Positions 62,593 through 64,000 of a DNA stretch of 64,000 nt are shown one piece after another (positions within the stretch are counted from its first letter, which is position 1; every line of letters begins with the position of its first letter). The notes beneath the pieces were generated by a model. That model was not told the origin of the DNA and did no database searches. It saw nothing but the letters and a program-made list of their open reading frames with translations. Origin of the DNA: Chiloscyllium plagiosum (lineage: Eukaryota). The stretch covers positions 78,356,935 through 78,420,934 of the forward strand of contig NC_057718.1 of assembly GCF_004010195.1 (NCBI RefSeq), read 5' to 3'. The translations under genes were made by a program, and so were the position numbers.

Positions 62593-62777
62593 ATTGTACA
62601 AAGCTTCAGGTGATATTAGATCAAATGGTGACTCCTATATCTATGATATCCAGCTTTCTGGAATCTCGAATCCTGAAGATCTTAAGTGCCAAGACTCCAA
62701 TATCTGTCAGGTCAAAACTAACCAGCACTATTTCAGATCCATTGGAATAGCTTCTAAAGCAAAATATTACCTTGAAG
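62593..62777 (+). CDS. IGF2R: IGF2R exon (~exon 44), domain 15: LYKASGDIRSNGDSYIYDIQLSGI...CQDSNICQVKTNQHYFRSIGIASKAKYYLE
   Basis: ctttacag| acceptor, AAG|gtaaat donor, 185 bp, phase 2-1. Confidence 0.95.
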
Positions 62778-63094
62778 GTAAATGTGTAATATACAATAAT
62801 TTTGATTTTTTTTTCCCAAAACTTGTTTCCTGAAGGCCAATTGTTCCTGTTTATTGTCAGAAATGATCTTGACATCATATAAGCAGCATCTATGTAAACT
62901 TGCTGGACGTTTTTCTATTTTTATGGAAAGCTTTCAGTTTATAAAATATGCCAACTTTGCAATATTTCTGACTACATTTTGGTTCAGCACATCATCCAAT
63001 GTTGCACTGAATTCAGTGTTGCTGAGGTAGATGTAAAGCATCCAATGCACTTGAGAAAGAGCATAGAAGTTCTCCAAAGTGTCATGGCCAGTAT

Positions 63095-63388
63095 TAGATT
63101 AGAATTTTTAAATTAAATTAGATTAGATTACAATGTGGAAACAGGCCCTTCGGCCCAACAAGTCCACACCGACCCACTGAAGTGCAACCCACCCAGACCC
63201 ATTTACCCCTTCACCTAACACTCCGGGCAATTTAGCATGGGCAATTCACCTAACCTGCACGTTTTTGGATTGTGAGAGGAAACCCACGCAGACATGGAGA
63301 ATGTGCAAACTCCACACAGTCGCCTGAGGCGGGAATTGAACCCGGGTCTCTGGCGCTGTGAGGCTGCAGTGCTAATTGCTGTGCCACC
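63095..63388 (-). mobile_element. HE1-like SINE
   Basis: Near-identical to 38257-38564, with (attag)n tail. Confidence 0.88.
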
Positions 63389-64000
63389 GAGTGTGTCTCC
63401 CTCAAATGATTTAAAATAAATTTAAAGTTACTCCGCCATTGGTACATTGCTGTTTGTTGGAACATGCAGTGTGTAAGTAGATTGCTGTATTCTCTATGTT
63501 GCAAGAGTATACCCGTTATGTTGTTTTCACTTTGAGAAAAAGTAAACAGCTGAAATAGATTGCTTTATAGGAAGGAAAGGAAAGTTTAACAAAAATCAAA
63601 TACAGGACACAAACCATAAATTCAAGGAACAAAGTTGAAGGACTCATCTACCACTGTTACAAGATGACAAATAAGTTGATTAAATATTGAAAGCTACAGT
63701 CGGAAACAGAAGATATGGATGATGGGAGTGAGAAAGGGCAGTTGAGGACGAAAGAGTATTTTGCTTGTAAATGTACTTGGTTTCATGTAGTGTGTTAGGA
63801 TTAGCATTATTATTACAGCATAACTTCATTTATAAAGTTTGTTAAAGACTGCAGATCAGGAGCGAATATAAAAGTGCTGGGAAAAACAGAGGTCTGGCGG
63901 TATCTATGAAGAATGAAACAGTTAAGATTATGTGCTGAATGTTACTAAAATTGGTTTTGTAATTTTCAGGAAATTGTGGATGGTTTTCTGTACTCTGTAG

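Larger units (their letters stand above)
8189..62777 (+). other. IGF2R: Interior of IGF2R / cation-independent mannose-6-phosphate receptor gene (18 coding exons, MRH domains 9-15 including FnII insert); gene start and end lie outside the window
   Basis: Exons join with compatible phases into an open frame. It has repeated MRH motifs (DLxPL, YxxNxC, GDxC, FxC, CxxxFEWxTxxACP) and an FnII module, matching CI-MPR in order. Confidence 0.97.

Noticed and set aside
63985..64000. Pyrimidine tract ending in TAG at the window edge, possibly the acceptor of the next IGF2R exon
   Set aside because: No downstream sequence is available to verify it
1..64000. CRISPR array, prokaryotic operon or imprinting-type CpG island/antisense promoter
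   Set aside because: The repeats are dispersed retroelement termini, not regularly spaced; the DNA is eukaryotic and intron-rich, and its CpG-rich patches coincide with young Penelope and SINE copies

Overview
Vertebrate genomic DNA, most likely an elasmobranch/shark (inferred from HE1-type tRNA-derived SINEs and CR1/HER1-like LINEs), with four N-gaps. The window is the interior of a + strand IGF2R / cation-independent mannose-6-phosphate receptor gene. Eighteen consecutive coding exons (8189-62777, about 3.0 kb, MRH domains 9 to 15, approximately human exons 27-44) can be spliced in frame by eye. Splicing needs one GC-AG intron, and the fibronectin type II exon lacks a good 5' splice site at the expected position. 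The domain 9 Man-6-P-binding residues are intact, while the domain 11 IGF2 pocket is non-mammalian. Introns are packed with retroelements: CR1 LINEs (one near full length and nested in another), HE1 SINEs, a rearranged Gmr1-like LTR element (INT upstream of RT-RH) and many Penelope-like (GIY-YIG) fragments. The most striking non-coding signal is a population of minimal hammerhead ribozyme motifs in three sequence families. They are carried by the Penelope-like elements and by very short insertions flanked by target-site duplications (TSDs), many of them fold-backs; several lie in the sense orientation of the IGF2R pre-mRNA. Human exon and residue numbers are recalled from knowledge, not computed.
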